64,000 nucleotides of DNA from an uncultured Syntrophaceae bacterium (GTDB taxonomy: Bacteria; Desulfobacterota; SM23-61): assembly GCA_964484485.1 (NCBI GenBank), contig CAZAGD010000033.1, positions 1,238 to 65,237 on the forward strand, in the 5' to 3' direction. Below are positions 28,303 through 38,318 of this stretch, in pieces. Numbering within the stretch: position 1 is the first letter of the stretch; every line of letters starts with the position of its first letter. The translations under genes and the position numbers were made by a program. Under the pieces are notes generated by a model, which saw nothing but the letters and a program-made list of their open reading frames with translations, did no database searches and was not told the DNA's origin.

Positions 28303-29979
28303 TTAAAGTTTAGTTATTGGTTCATATTCCCCGAACACCTCCCGTAAAACATCGCATATTTCCCCCAAGGTGCAGTAAGCCCGCACACAGTCCAAGATAG
28401 GATACATCAAATTGCCATCACCTTGGGCCACTTGGCGTAATTCCTTTAAAGAACTCTTTACTTTTTCGCCATCTCTTTCTCGCCTTAATTCGGCCAATCT
28501 TCTGACCTGTACTTCCCTTACCCGGGGGTCAACCTTCAATAATCCTTTTGGCGGGGGCTCTTTGGTCTGAAACCTGTTTACCCCCACAATAACCCTTTCT
28601 CCACGCTCGATCTCCTTCTGATACCTGTAAGCGCTCTCCTGAATTTCCTGCTGGATATAACCTTTTTCAATCGCCGCTACTGCTCCGCCCAGTTGGTCAA
28701 TCTTGGCTAGGTAAGCGCTGGCCCTTTTCTCTATCTCCTCGGTGAGTTTCTCGATATAAAAAGAACCTCCCAAAGGATCTATGGTTTCGGCCACTCCTGA
28801 TTCATAGGCAATTAATTGCTGGGTGCGCAAGGCGATCTGGACCGATTGCTCTGAAGGTAAAGCCAAAGCCTCATCCATGGAGTTGGTGTGCAAAGACTGG
28901 GTTCCGCCTAAGACGGCAGCCAAAGCCTGCCAAGCAACCCGAATTATATTATTGAAAGGCTGCTGGGCGGTTAGTGTACACCCCGCGGTTTGGGTATGAA
29001 AGCGGAGCATTAAGGAGCGCGGATTGCGAGCATGAAACCTTTCTTTCATGATCTTGGCCCAGAGCCTGCGGGCCGCGCGGAATTTGGCTATTTCTTCTAA
29101 GAAATCAAGGTGAGCGTTGAAGAAAAAGGAAATCCGCGGGCCAAAAACATCCACGTCTAAACCGGCTTTCTGCGCGGCTTCCACATAAGCTATGCCATTG
29201 GCTAAAGTAAAGGCTACTTCCTGCACCGCGGTACACCCGGCCTCCCGCATATGATAGCCACTAATACTAATCGTATTCCAATTGGGGACTTTTTGGGCAC
29301 AATATTCAAAGGTATTCGTAATGATCCGCATGGAATGCTGAGGTGGAAAGATGTAAGTTCCCCGCGAGGAATATTCTTTTAAAATATCATTCTGGATGGT
29401 GCCGTTAAGCTGGTCGGGAGAAACCCCTTGTTTTTCAGCAACCACAATATACATAGCTAAAAGGATGGCTGCTGGAGCGTTGATGGTCATGGAGGTAGAA
29501 ACTTTTTCTAAGGGAATTTGGTCGAAGAGAATCTCCATATCCCGCACGGAATCAATGGCTACGCCCACTTTACCCACTTCTCCTTGGGCTAAAGGATGAT
29601 CCGAGTCATAACCAATTTGCGTCGGCAAATCAAAAGCCACGGAAAGACCTGTTTGCCCTTGATCTAAAAGATAGCGATAGCGTTTGTTCGTATCTTCAGC
29701 GGTGCCGAAGCCGGCGTACTGCCGCATGGTCCAGAAACGACCTCGATACATGGTGGGCTGCACGCCGCGGGTATATGGATATTCTCCAGGTAAGTTTAGA
29801 TTAGCTAGGTAATCCAATTCGGCAATATCCGCGGGGGTATAGATCCTTTGGATAGGTATGCCGGAAGTGGTCTGAAACTCCTTCTTTCTTTCTGGGTTTT
29901 TCACCAAAGACTTCTCCACCGTCTCCGTCCATTTTTTAACATTTTCTTCAATTTCGGCTATTTTTTTGGGGTCGAACAT
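28303..29979 (-). CDS. methylmalonyl-CoA mutase large-subunit catalytic (substrate-binding TIM barrel) domain protein; no B12-binding domain in this ORF
   Basis: Acyl-CoA mutase family N-terminal barrel motifs ([20 protein letters not shown]; [23 protein letters not shown]); 558 aa ends before cobalamin-binding domain. Confidence 0.85.
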   Translation of the reverse strand: MFDPKKIAEIEENVKKWTETVEKSLVKNPERKKEFQTTSGIPIQRIYTPADIAELDYLANLNLPGEYPYTRGVQPTMYRGRFWTMRQYAGFGTAEDTNKRYRYLLDQGQTGLSVAFDLPTQIGYDSDHPLAQGEVGKVGVAIDSVRDMEILFDQIPLEKVSTSMTINAPAAILLAMYIVVAEKQGVSPDQLNGTIQNDILKEYSSRGTYIFPPQHSMRIITNTFEYCAQKVPNWNTISISGYHMREAGCTAVQEVAFTLANGIAYVEAAQKAGLDVDVFGPRISFFFNAHLDFLEEIAKFRAARRLWAKIMKERFHARNPRSLMLRFHTQTAGCTLTAQQPFNNIIRVAWQALAAVLGGTQSLHTNSMDEALALPSEQSVQIALRTQQLIAYESGVAETIDPLGGSFYIEKLTEEIEKRASAYLAKIDQLGGAVAAIEKGYIQQEIQESAYRYQKEIERGERVIVGVNRFQTKEPPPKGLLKVDPRVREVQVRRLAELRRERDGEKVKSSLKELRQVAQGDGNLMYPILDCVRAYCTLGEICDVLREVFGEYEPITKL

Positions 29980-30008
29980 AGGCTTTCCCTCTCTGAGCTA
30001 AAATTTCT

Positions 30009-31892
30009 TTAAAGTTTACTGCTCATCTTGGGCTTGCTTTTATCTTGGCTTTTCTTTTTAATCAATATTTCTTCTTCTTTTTCGGCCTTGGCTAAATCTT
30101 CGAACTTAATATCTAAGCCACAAACGCCAACAATTTGCCCAATTTTATCTCTAATAGGGGCCGAGACGGTTAAACATAAACGCCCAGTTATCTTCGAAGT
30201 ATACAGTTCACTCACGTGCACCTGTCCATCTTTTAAAGGTTCGATAAACCAGGAACGGTCAGAGTAGTCTTCATGTAAACCGACTATTTCATATTTCGCC
30301 TTATCCACCACTTGGGTAATATTCTTGGTGATCTTCCGTCCTTCTAAATCGGTAACGTAAGCGAATTGAATAAAGGGGTGGTCGGCCACTAATTTCAGCA
30401 AAAGGGGCTCAATTAGCTTCGGTTTCATAGACTTTAAAGGAGCAGCTTCAATAATTTCTTCTATAAGATGAGCAGCCATTTTATGGGCGCGGGTCTTGAT
30501 GCGGTCAAAATCCGAGACGAAAAACTCGGGCAGATGTTTTCGGGCTTGCCGTTCCATCTCGGTATGCGAAATACTGGTGACCCTGCCTTCGTTATACTGG
30601 TCCATCACCCATTTATAAATTTTAGCTATCCCGGGATGTCGTTTGTCTACCCTCTTTTCCGGTGGTAGCTTTAAGTGGGTGTTCACCCAATGGGCAATCC
30701 CTGCCAGGCCTGATTTGTCAGTAATGATAATGGACATTGGTCGTTTGAGAATCTTGGCGGTATTGAAGATATTATATATTTCCGCCGACTTGGCTAAAGC
30801 ATCTATATGGATGCCCGCCCCCGTAGTATTAAAATCCAGTCCTACCAAGGGATAATTGATGGGAATATGCACCCCCATCTCTCTTTCCGCGTATTGCGCG
30901 ATGTCGGTAATCACGGTAGTATCGATACCGTTTGTTTCTCCGCGCAAGGCAATGTACTCAATGATCAAGGCCTCCAAGGGCGTATTCCCCGTTCTTTCTC
31001 CCAACCCCAAGATGGCTCCATTAGCTGCTGCGCAACCATATAGCCAAGCCGTGGTGGCATTTATAAGCACTTTATGGAAGTCGTTATGCCCATGCCATTC
31101 TAAAAGTTCTCCGGGCACTCCTGCCTCATCAATCATGGTACGTACTAATTTGTCTACAGCGCGGGGCAAAGCTGCGCCCGGATAAGTAACTCCATAGCCC
31201 AAGGTATCGCAAAGGCGGATTTTGACCGGCATTCCACTTTTTTCCCGGAGCCTCATCAAGGCTTGGGCAAAAGGGACGCAGAACCCAAAGATGTCGGCCC
31301 GGGTTACATCTTCGAAATGACATCGCGGAATAATACCTGCGTCCAGGGCAGCTTCGACAATGTCCAGATATTCATCAAATACTTGCCTTCTTTTCTTGCC
31401 CAGTTTCAAAAAAATATGGTAATCGGAAACAGAAGTGAGGATACCTGTTTCTTTTAAGCCCATTTCTTTGACTAATTTTAGATCCTTTTTGTTGGCCCGG
31501 ATCCAACCCGTAATTTCTGGGTACGGATAACCTTTCTCTAAACATTTGGTTACCGCTTCTTGGTCGCGCTGGCTGTATAAAAAAAATTCTGTTTGCCTAA
31601 TTACCCCCTGCGGTCCCCCTAACTTGTGCAGCATGTCAAATAAATCTACAATCTGTTTGACGGTGAAAGGAGGTCGGGCTTGTTGCCCATCTCTAAAAGT
31701 AGTATCGGTGATAAAAAATTCTTTTGCCGGACAAAGAGGAATTATTTTGTGATCAAAATCAATCCGGCTTACTTCTTCATAAGGGAAAACTTCCCGTTGC
31801 AAATTTGGTTCGGCCACATCTTGTAAATCTAAGCGCCAAAATTTAGTATGTTCGTGGGTCAGCAACCGGCGTTCTTCATCCCACTTGGCCAT
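30009..31892 (-). CDS. DRE-TIM/HMGL-like 2-oxoacid:acyl-CoA condensing enzyme of long-form LeuA type (isopropylmalate/citramalate/homocitrate/Re-citrate synthase family) with C-terminal Cache/PAS-like domain
   Basis: DTTFRDGQQ, HFEDVTRAD, LCDTLGYG, HGHNDF...LGLGERTGNTPLE motifs; N-terminal PYEEV segment like long-form LeuA. C-terminal ~200 aa FAYVTDLEGRKI...DRSWFIEPLKDGQVHVSELYTSKITGRLCLTVSAPIRDKIGQIVGVCGLDIKFEDL matches Cache/PDC sensor pattern, not the LeuA dimer regulatory domain. Confidence 0.6.
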   Translation of the reverse strand: MAKWDEERRLLTHEHTKFWRLDLQDVAEPNLQREVFPYEEVSRIDFDHKIIPLCPAKEFFITDTTFRDGQQARPPFTVKQIVDLFDMLHKLGGPQGVIRQTEFFLYSQRDQEAVTKCLEKGYPYPEITGWIRANKKDLKLVKEMGLKETGILTSVSDYHIFLKLGKKRRQVFDEYLDIVEAALDAGIIPRCHFEDVTRADIFGFCVPFAQALMRLREKSGMPVKIRLCDTLGYGVTYPGAALPRAVDKLVRTMIDEAGVPGELLEWHGHNDFHKVLINATTAWLYGCAAANGAILGLGERTGNTPLEALIIEYIALRGETNGIDTTVITDIAQYAEREMGVHIPINYPLVGLDFNTTGAGIHIDALAKSAEIYNIFNTAKILKRPMSIIITDKSGLAGIAHWVNTHLKLPPEKRVDKRHPGIAKIYKWVMDQYNEGRVTSISHTEMERQARKHLPEFFVSDFDRIKTRAHKMAAHLIEEIIEAAPLKSMKPKLIEPLLLKLVADHPFIQFAYVTDLEGRKITKNITQVVDKAKYEIVGLHEDYSDRSWFIEPLKDGQVHVSELYTSKITGRLCLTVSAPIRDKIGQIVGVCGLDIKFEDLAKAEKEEEILIKKKSQDKSKPKMSSKL

Positions 31893-32550
31893 AAATTCCC
31901 CTAACTTTGGCGTTTCTTTTCTTGGAAATTCTGCGGGATAAATTATTTATCTGGCTCTGCACCAGAAAGTCAATTATTTCCTCTTTGCGAAAATACGGCT
32001 TTAAGATCCACCGACGCAAAACTCCGAAAACACCGCTGAAGACTAAGAAATTGGCTTCTAAAAAAGGGTCAAACGCCCCTGGCCCCAACTCACTAATCAA
32101 CCTTTGAAAATGATCAACAATTTCGAATTCTTTCTGCAAAATAACCTTTAAATAATCTTTTTTTACGTAACGCGCTTGCGTATAAGAAAGCATTACTTGA
32201 TCTTCCAATTCCATGGCTGCTTCCACAAAAGCTCGGTAATTAATTTTGAGCCGCGCCAAAGGGTCAGCTACCTGACAAGTCCTCGATCTAACTTTAGCAA
32301 AAAAATTAACCACATAATTTTCGAAAAAAAGATAGAGAATATCATCTTTGGAACTAACATAATCATAGATACTGCCCAAACTGAGACCTGCTTCGCGAGC
32401 TATCTCCCGCACGGTTGCTTTATGGAAGCCCTTCCTTTTGAATACTTGGATAGCTCCCGCAATGATTTGCCGCCTTTTTTCATCCACTAATTTGGCATCT
32501 TTAACTTGGGCTTTGATTAGCATAGGCGCCCTTGGCGAACGAATGTTCAT
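31876..32550 (-). CDS. TetR/AcrR-family transcriptional regulator
   Basis: N-terminal HTH VREIAREAGLSLGSIYDYVSSKDDIL; first gene of the long minus-strand array. Confidence 0.8.
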   Translation of the reverse strand: MNIRSPRAPMLIKAQVKDAKLVDEKRRQIIAGAIQVFKRKGFHKATVREIAREAGLSLGSIYDYVSSKDDILYLFFENYVVNFFAKVRSRTCQVADPLARLKINYRAFVEAAMELEDQVMLSYTQARYVKKDYLKVILQKEFEIVDHFQRLISELGPGAFDPFLEANFLVFSGVFGVLRRWILKPYFRKEEIIDFLVQSQINNLSRRISKKRNAKVRGIYGQVG

Positions 32551-32620
32551 TCATAGAGCATTATAAATCCCTGACGTTTTCTGTCAAGTGAAAATTTGGC
32601 TGATGGTCGATAACTTTTTA

Positions 32621-32713
32621 AATTCTAGTCTAATTCAAGGGGGAGGAGAGGCTCAATTTTAAATTCCAGCTTAATTCAGGCGGGAGGAAGATAGGCTCTC
32701 CCCCTCCCGCCTG
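32621..32713. promoter_or_regulatory. direct repeats (AATTC.AGC.TAATTCA.G.GGGAGGA x2) plus 11-bp hairpin CAGGCGGGAGG/CCTCCCGCCTG in tetR-gap divergent intergenic region; candidate operator
   Basis: Read directly at 32621-32654, 32662-32699 and hairpin 32677-32687/32703-32713; TTGACA -35-like hexamer at 32772 before gap. Confidence 0.3.
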
Positions 32714-32792
32714 TTTCCTGATGGTGAGAAACATTAAAACGGTTAGAAGGTAAGCCAGCTCTAAAGGCTTTGACAAATTCCCCCCTTGATGA

Positions 32793-33845
<1,053 letters not shown>

Positions 33846-33946
33846 AATTTTTATTCTCCTCTTGGCTCTTTAAAATGAACTATAGGAATGGTGGCCCAAT
33901 TTAGAAGGCTGATTAATAGACTTTTTTATAATCCGAAAGCCATGCT

Positions 33947-36900
33947 ATGACTGTAAACCGCCAGTTGGAAGAAGTGCAGAAAGAATTAAGAGCCCGGGAA
34001 ATTCCCCAAGAAGTCCTTGAATCGGCCGCCCTCCAAAAGAATCTCCAAGAAACATCTGTGGCCCAGCTCCAAATTGATCCCAAATATGAAGTGCTCATAG
34101 AGACGGTAGAAGGTTATCGGGGCATTCAGAAAGCTGCCGAAACCTTGCTCTTTGAGTTGCATCATCCCTTTAAAAATTGGGAAATAATCTTGCGGGAAAT
34201 GCGCTCTTTTGCCTTAAAGTATTTTACCGCCTACAGCCGTCATCCTCGCGGGTCCCAAGCCATATCCGCCATTATTGATGTCTTTTTTGAGGCTATAAGC
34301 CAGGTTAACTCTGATAGCTTACAAATAAAAGCTATCGATTATTTGCTCAATTATTTGGAAAAGATCGTTAATGAGCTAAACGGCCAAAATCATGGCGAAA
34401 TTTGGCCGATATTGCAACTTACTTGTCAGCGTTTGGCTTCCCTTCCTGACCAGCAATTTTTTTATTTGGCTTCCAGCCATATCCCTTTAAAAAAGATCGG
34501 GCAGGCTTTATTGCTTAAACTCCCCGAAAATTCTTTTTTACCGGAATTTAATAATCTTTTCATGCGCAGCCTGAAAATTACCTACGCTTATTGGCTGCAA
34601 GAAGAAGATCCGCTCTGCTGGTTTGATAAAGCGGGATCTGCGCCAGTTCTGGGCGAGCAATTAAAATATCCAGATGTCCTCCATTTAATTTCTCATCAAC
34701 ACTTAAAGTCTCTGGTTCAAGAGTTAGAAAATTTTTCGGGCCAGGAAGAATTTAAAAGTAATGGCTCTCTGCAGCTTCTCCGTCATCTCTTGACCTTCCC
34801 TTCCTACTTAGACATAGTACGGGCTTACAAAGAAATTCCTCACCTTTGGCCTGCTCCGCAAACGGCGGAAAAAGAAATTCCTCTTTTAGAGAATAAAAAA
34901 ATATTAGCCCTCTTTAAAATAATGGAAATTCCCGGGCTAAAAGATATTCACGAAGAAACTTTAAGGGAAATTAATCATACGCTCGTGGAACTCATCCGCC
35001 AAGAACCGCCGGAACGGATGCGCGAATTTCTAATTAAGACTTTTTCCCTCCTCAAGTCCAGTATGGAAAATTACCCCCATACGGCCTTGCAGTGCATCCA
35101 AACCTTAGGCGCAGAAATTTTTAATCAAGGTTATAGCCCTTTGGTGGAAGTCTTCTTAGAGTTAGTCTTACATTTCGGTTTTCAATACCCTAATGTGCAG
35201 GGGGTGGACACAAATTGGCAGTTAATCTGCAATCCCTGCCATTTGCTCAATGTGCGGGTCTGGTTGGATATTATTGGCCGAAATCCGAAATGGTGTAGTA
35301 CGCTCCTTTCGGCCCTCATAATTAACTTAAAATTAGCAGGCATTTGCATAAGGGATACTGATCTTTTTCAAAAAGAAGTAAGCAAACTGCTCAATGCCGA
35401 AATTGAGCCCGTCTACAATTTAATCAAGCAATTAGCGAAATTATTTCCCGTATATTTCAACGAAATTGGGGCGGAAGGAGAATTACGCGAGGCTACCACC
35501 GAGATAGATGAAATTACTTATCGTAAGGATCTCCTCATTCATTTTCTCCGTAAACAAAGTCATGTGGAGAGTAGTAATCTCATCGAGGATTTCGTTAGGG
35601 AAATAATCCGTTTTTGGCGCTTAAGAGATAAAGAGGGGTTAAAGAATTTTCTACCGGCGGAGATTTGGGGAAAGATAGAGATTACCGGCCCTTTCATCGA
35701 TGAAGTTAATTATATCGTTCAAAAGATCTTTGCCGAGAAAAGGCTCCAGAGCGAAAAGGATCTTTTAGGTCTAACCGATCGTGAACTGTCCGCCTTTATG
35801 GCTGCCTTGCCGGATGTGGCGGAGACGGAAAAGAAACGGGTCTCTTTGTTAATCAAGATTTACCGGCTTATTAATCAGAAGTATAACTTAGGCTTTCAGG
35901 AAATTGCCGCCCATTTGCAGGAAGCTTCCCGCTGGGGCTTCGAGGGCTTGGATGCTCTTTTACGGGTTATCGAGCGCAACGACCCCGAAGAATGTCTGGA
36001 ACATATCTTGTCCTATCTGGAAAATTTGAAGAAAATTATTCTTTCCCCCCAAAAATTCGAAGCCCGGGAAGATATCTACCGCAAACGGCATATAGCAGCT
36101 GACATTCCCTCTCTGTATGGTCGCTATCGCGAGCGGAAATTCGATGCCTTAGGTTTAACTTTTCGTTTAGAAAATTTGGCGAATATCTATTTTGAAAGAC
36201 TCATCGACTCTTTAGATCTTTCCTTTATTACTCGGGCTACCTTTTTTAAAATCATCTCCTGTTTGCGTTATCTCATGCGGGCTATCGAATTAGATGGCAT
36301 CTTTTCGCCGCGGCTTAATACCCAGCTTATGCTCTTAGAAAAATCTTTAGAGATAAAGCGCTTCACTTTTATGCAGTACCTGGACATATTCCGCGGCTTC
36401 TCCGAAGGAGTTAAAGATGTCATTTCCGTTTATTATGTGAATGCCCATAAAAATAACTTGGAGCTTTTAATTTGGCAAATGGGTAAAAAGAATATTCTGC
36501 CCAAATATCTGCCCCCTTCCGCTGAAGAAATTGGCCCCCATGAGTTTGTCCATCAAATAGGTGAAAAATTTATTCGCGATCTGATCGCTAATACTTTTGG
36601 CCTGCAGTACTTGGATATTTTCTTGGCGCGAATTCAACAAACGCTGGCCGAGCAGAGAGAAACTTTGAACGAAGCTGACCTCGATTTGCTGATGACTTAT
36701 GACCCCAAAAAAGTATGTTGTTTAATCCACCATCCCAATCGCTTGACTAATGATCTAATTCATTTGGGGAGTAAAGGGTATAACTTAGTGGTCTTAGCTT
36801 CCGAAGGCATCCCCGTACCTCCCGGCTTTATTCTGACTACGGAAGTATTCCGCTGCCTAAGGATAATTGAACGTTATCGGCACGCCCACGACCATTTGGA

Positions 36901-38242
36901 ACGGGAAGTCCGCTTTGGCCTGCAGCAAATTGAAAAAGCCACCGGACGTGAATTCGGTAATCCGCAACGGCCGTTACTCTTGGCCGTGCGCAGCGGGTCC
37001 ACAATATCTATGCCAGGGATGATGGCCACTTTATTAAATGTGGGTATAAATGAGGAGATCGTAGAAGGGTTGATCCGCTTCACGGGGGAAACTTGGTTTG
37101 CTTGGGATAATTATCGGCGTTTTATCCAATCCTGGGGCATGTCTTATGGGATTGAACGGGAAGTTTTTAACGAGATCATGCGCCACTTCAAAGCTAAGTA
37201 CAGAGTAGAAAAGAAGAGACAATTCTCCGGGGAAGAAATGAAAGAAATAGCTCTAGCCTATCGCCGCGCCGTCGAAGAAAGACATATCACTATCTATGAA
37301 GATCCCTGGGCCCAATTACAAGTAGCCATTAAACAAGTCCTTTCTTCTTGGAATTCCATCAAAGCCAGGCAATACCGAGAAATTATGGGTATTTCCGACT
37401 ATTGGGGAACGGCGGTGATTGTGCAAGCGATGGTCTTTGGTAATCTCAGCCTCTCCTCGGGCAGCGGGGTAGTCTTCACGGCCCATCCCTACCGAAAAAT
37501 TAGACGGGTGGCCCTGTGGGGTGATTTTACTCCCGGCAACCAAGGGGAAGATATTGTCGGGGGCTTAGTCTCTACTTATCCCATCTCCAAAGAACAAAAA
37601 GAATTGGAGGGAAGGGAAGAAGACTTGGAGGAAGCCTTCCCTAAAATATATAAGCGTTTATTTGAGATTGCCAAAACATTAGTCTATGAGAAAAAGTGGA
37701 ACCCCCAAGAAGTGGAGTTTACTTTCGAAAGCCCAGAAGAAAATAGTCTATACATTCTGCAGACCCGCGATATGGTCTCAACTAAAAGGGAAAAATTTGA
37801 GGTATTTACACCCTCGCCCTCTCTGCAAGAGAGTTTTTTGAGTAAGGGAATTGGCGTAAGCGGGGGGGCCCTTTCCGGGCGGGTAGTATTTAACTTAGAA
37901 GAGATTCATCATTGGCGCAGGTTGGAGCCAACGACTCCGCTCATTCTTGTTCGATCCGATACAGTGCCGGAAGATATCCAGGAAATTTCCTTAACCAATG
38001 GGTTGCTCACGGCAAAAGGCGGCCAAACTTCTCACGCGGCGATCGTGGCTTTTGAATTGGATAAGACGGCCGTGGTAGGTTGCCGCGGTTTAATAGTTTT
38101 AGAAAATGAAGGAAGACTTTTTATTAATCACGTGGAAATAAAGAGAGGTGACTTCCTCAGCTTAGACGGTAGAAAGGGTTTAGTTTATTTGGGCAAGCAT
38201 GAAATTAAGGCAGAAGAAGATCTCCCCACTTTTTTAGTTTAA
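33947..38242 (+). CDS. 1431-aa multidomain protein: novel ~920-aa N-terminal region fused to PPDK/PEP-synthase-type ATP-grasp nucleotide-binding domain and phospho-histidine swivel domain; lacks the PEP/pyruvate-binding TIM barrel (putative dikinase-like phosphotransferase)
   Basis: Residues ~930-1230 match PPDK_N (GYNLVVLASEGIPVPPGFILTTEVF; LLLAVRSGSTISMPGMMATLLNVGINEE); residues ~1340-1420 match the PEP-utilising mobile domain (GGQTSHAAIVAFELDKTAVVGC); ORF stops right after the swivel domain. Confidence 0.6.
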   Translation: MTVNRQLEEVQKELRAREIPQEVLESAALQKNLQETSVAQLQIDPKYEVLIETVEGYRGIQKAAETLLFELHHPFKNWEIILREMRSFALKYFTAYSRHPRGSQAISAIIDVFFEAISQVNSDSLQIKAIDYLLNYLEKIVNELNGQNHGEIWPILQLTCQRLASLPDQQFFYLASSHIPLKKIGQALLLKLPENSFLPEFNNLFMRSLKITYAYWLQEEDPLCWFDKAGSAPVLGEQLKYPDVLHLISHQHLKSLVQELENFSGQEEFKSNGSLQLLRHLLTFPSYLDIVRAYKEIPHLWPAPQTAEKEIPLLENKKILALFKIMEIPGLKDIHEETLREINHTLVELIRQEPPERMREFLIKTFSLLKSSMENYPHTALQCIQTLGAEIFNQGYSPLVEVFLELVLHFGFQYPNVQGVDTNWQLICNPCHLLNVRVWLDIIGRNPKWCSTLLSALIINLKLAGICIRDTDLFQKEVSKLLNAEIEPVYNLIKQLAKLFPVYFNEIGAEGELREATTEIDEITYRKDLLIHFLRKQSHVESSNLIEDFVREIIRFWRLRDKEGLKNFLPAEIWGKIEITGPFIDEVNYIVQKIFAEKRLQSEKDLLGLTDRELSAFMAALPDVAETEKKRVSLLIKIYRLINQKYNLGFQEIAAHLQEASRWGFEGLDALLRVIERNDPEECLEHILSYLENLKKIILSPQKFEAREDIYRKRHIAADIPSLYGRYRERKFDALGLTFRLENLANIYFERLIDSLDLSFITRATFFKIISCLRYLMRAIELDGIFSPRLNTQLMLLEKSLEIKRFTFMQYLDIFRGFSEGVKDVISVYYVNAHKNNLELLIWQMGKKNILPKYLPPSAEEIGPHEFVHQIGEKFIRDLIANTFGLQYLDIFLARIQQTLAEQRETLNEADLDLLMTYDPKKVCCLIHHPNRLTNDLIHLGSKGYNLVVLASEGIPVPPGFILTTEVFRCLRIIERYRHAHDHLEREVRFGLQQIEKATGREFGNPQRPLLLAVRSGSTISMPGMMATLLNVGINEEIVEGLIRFTGETWFAWDNYRRFIQSWGMSYGIEREVFNEIMRHFKAKYRVEKKRQFSGEEMKEIALAYRRAVEERHITIYEDPWAQLQVAIKQVLSSWNSIKARQYREIMGISDYWGTAVIVQAMVFGNLSLSSGSGVVFTAHPYRKIRRVALWGDFTPGNQGEDIVGGLVSTYPISKEQKELEGREEDLEEAFPKIYKRLFEIAKTLVYEKKWNPQEVEFTFESPEENSLYILQTRDMVSTKREKFEVFTPSPSLQESFLSKGIGVSGGALSGRVVFNLEEIHHWRRLEPTTPLILVRSDTVPEDIQEISLTNGLLTAKGGQTSHAAIVAFELDKTAVVGCRGLIVLENEGRLFINHVEIKRGDFLSLDGRKGLVYLGKHEIKAEEDLPTFLV

Positions 38243-38318
38243 CCTTTACCCAGAAGGTTTATAGCCATTGAATTTTCCCAGAAAATTTTGGATATAAAAA
38301 TAAACAGGGAGGGTATAG

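Noticed and set aside
30009-31892. Transcarboxylase 5S / oxaloacetate decarboxylase alpha / pyruvate carboxylase CT subunit
   Set aside because: Those carry the RDAHQSL and HTHDTSG motifs. This protein has RDGQQ, HGHND and GLGERTGN, characteristic of the LeuA/NifV/CimA branch.
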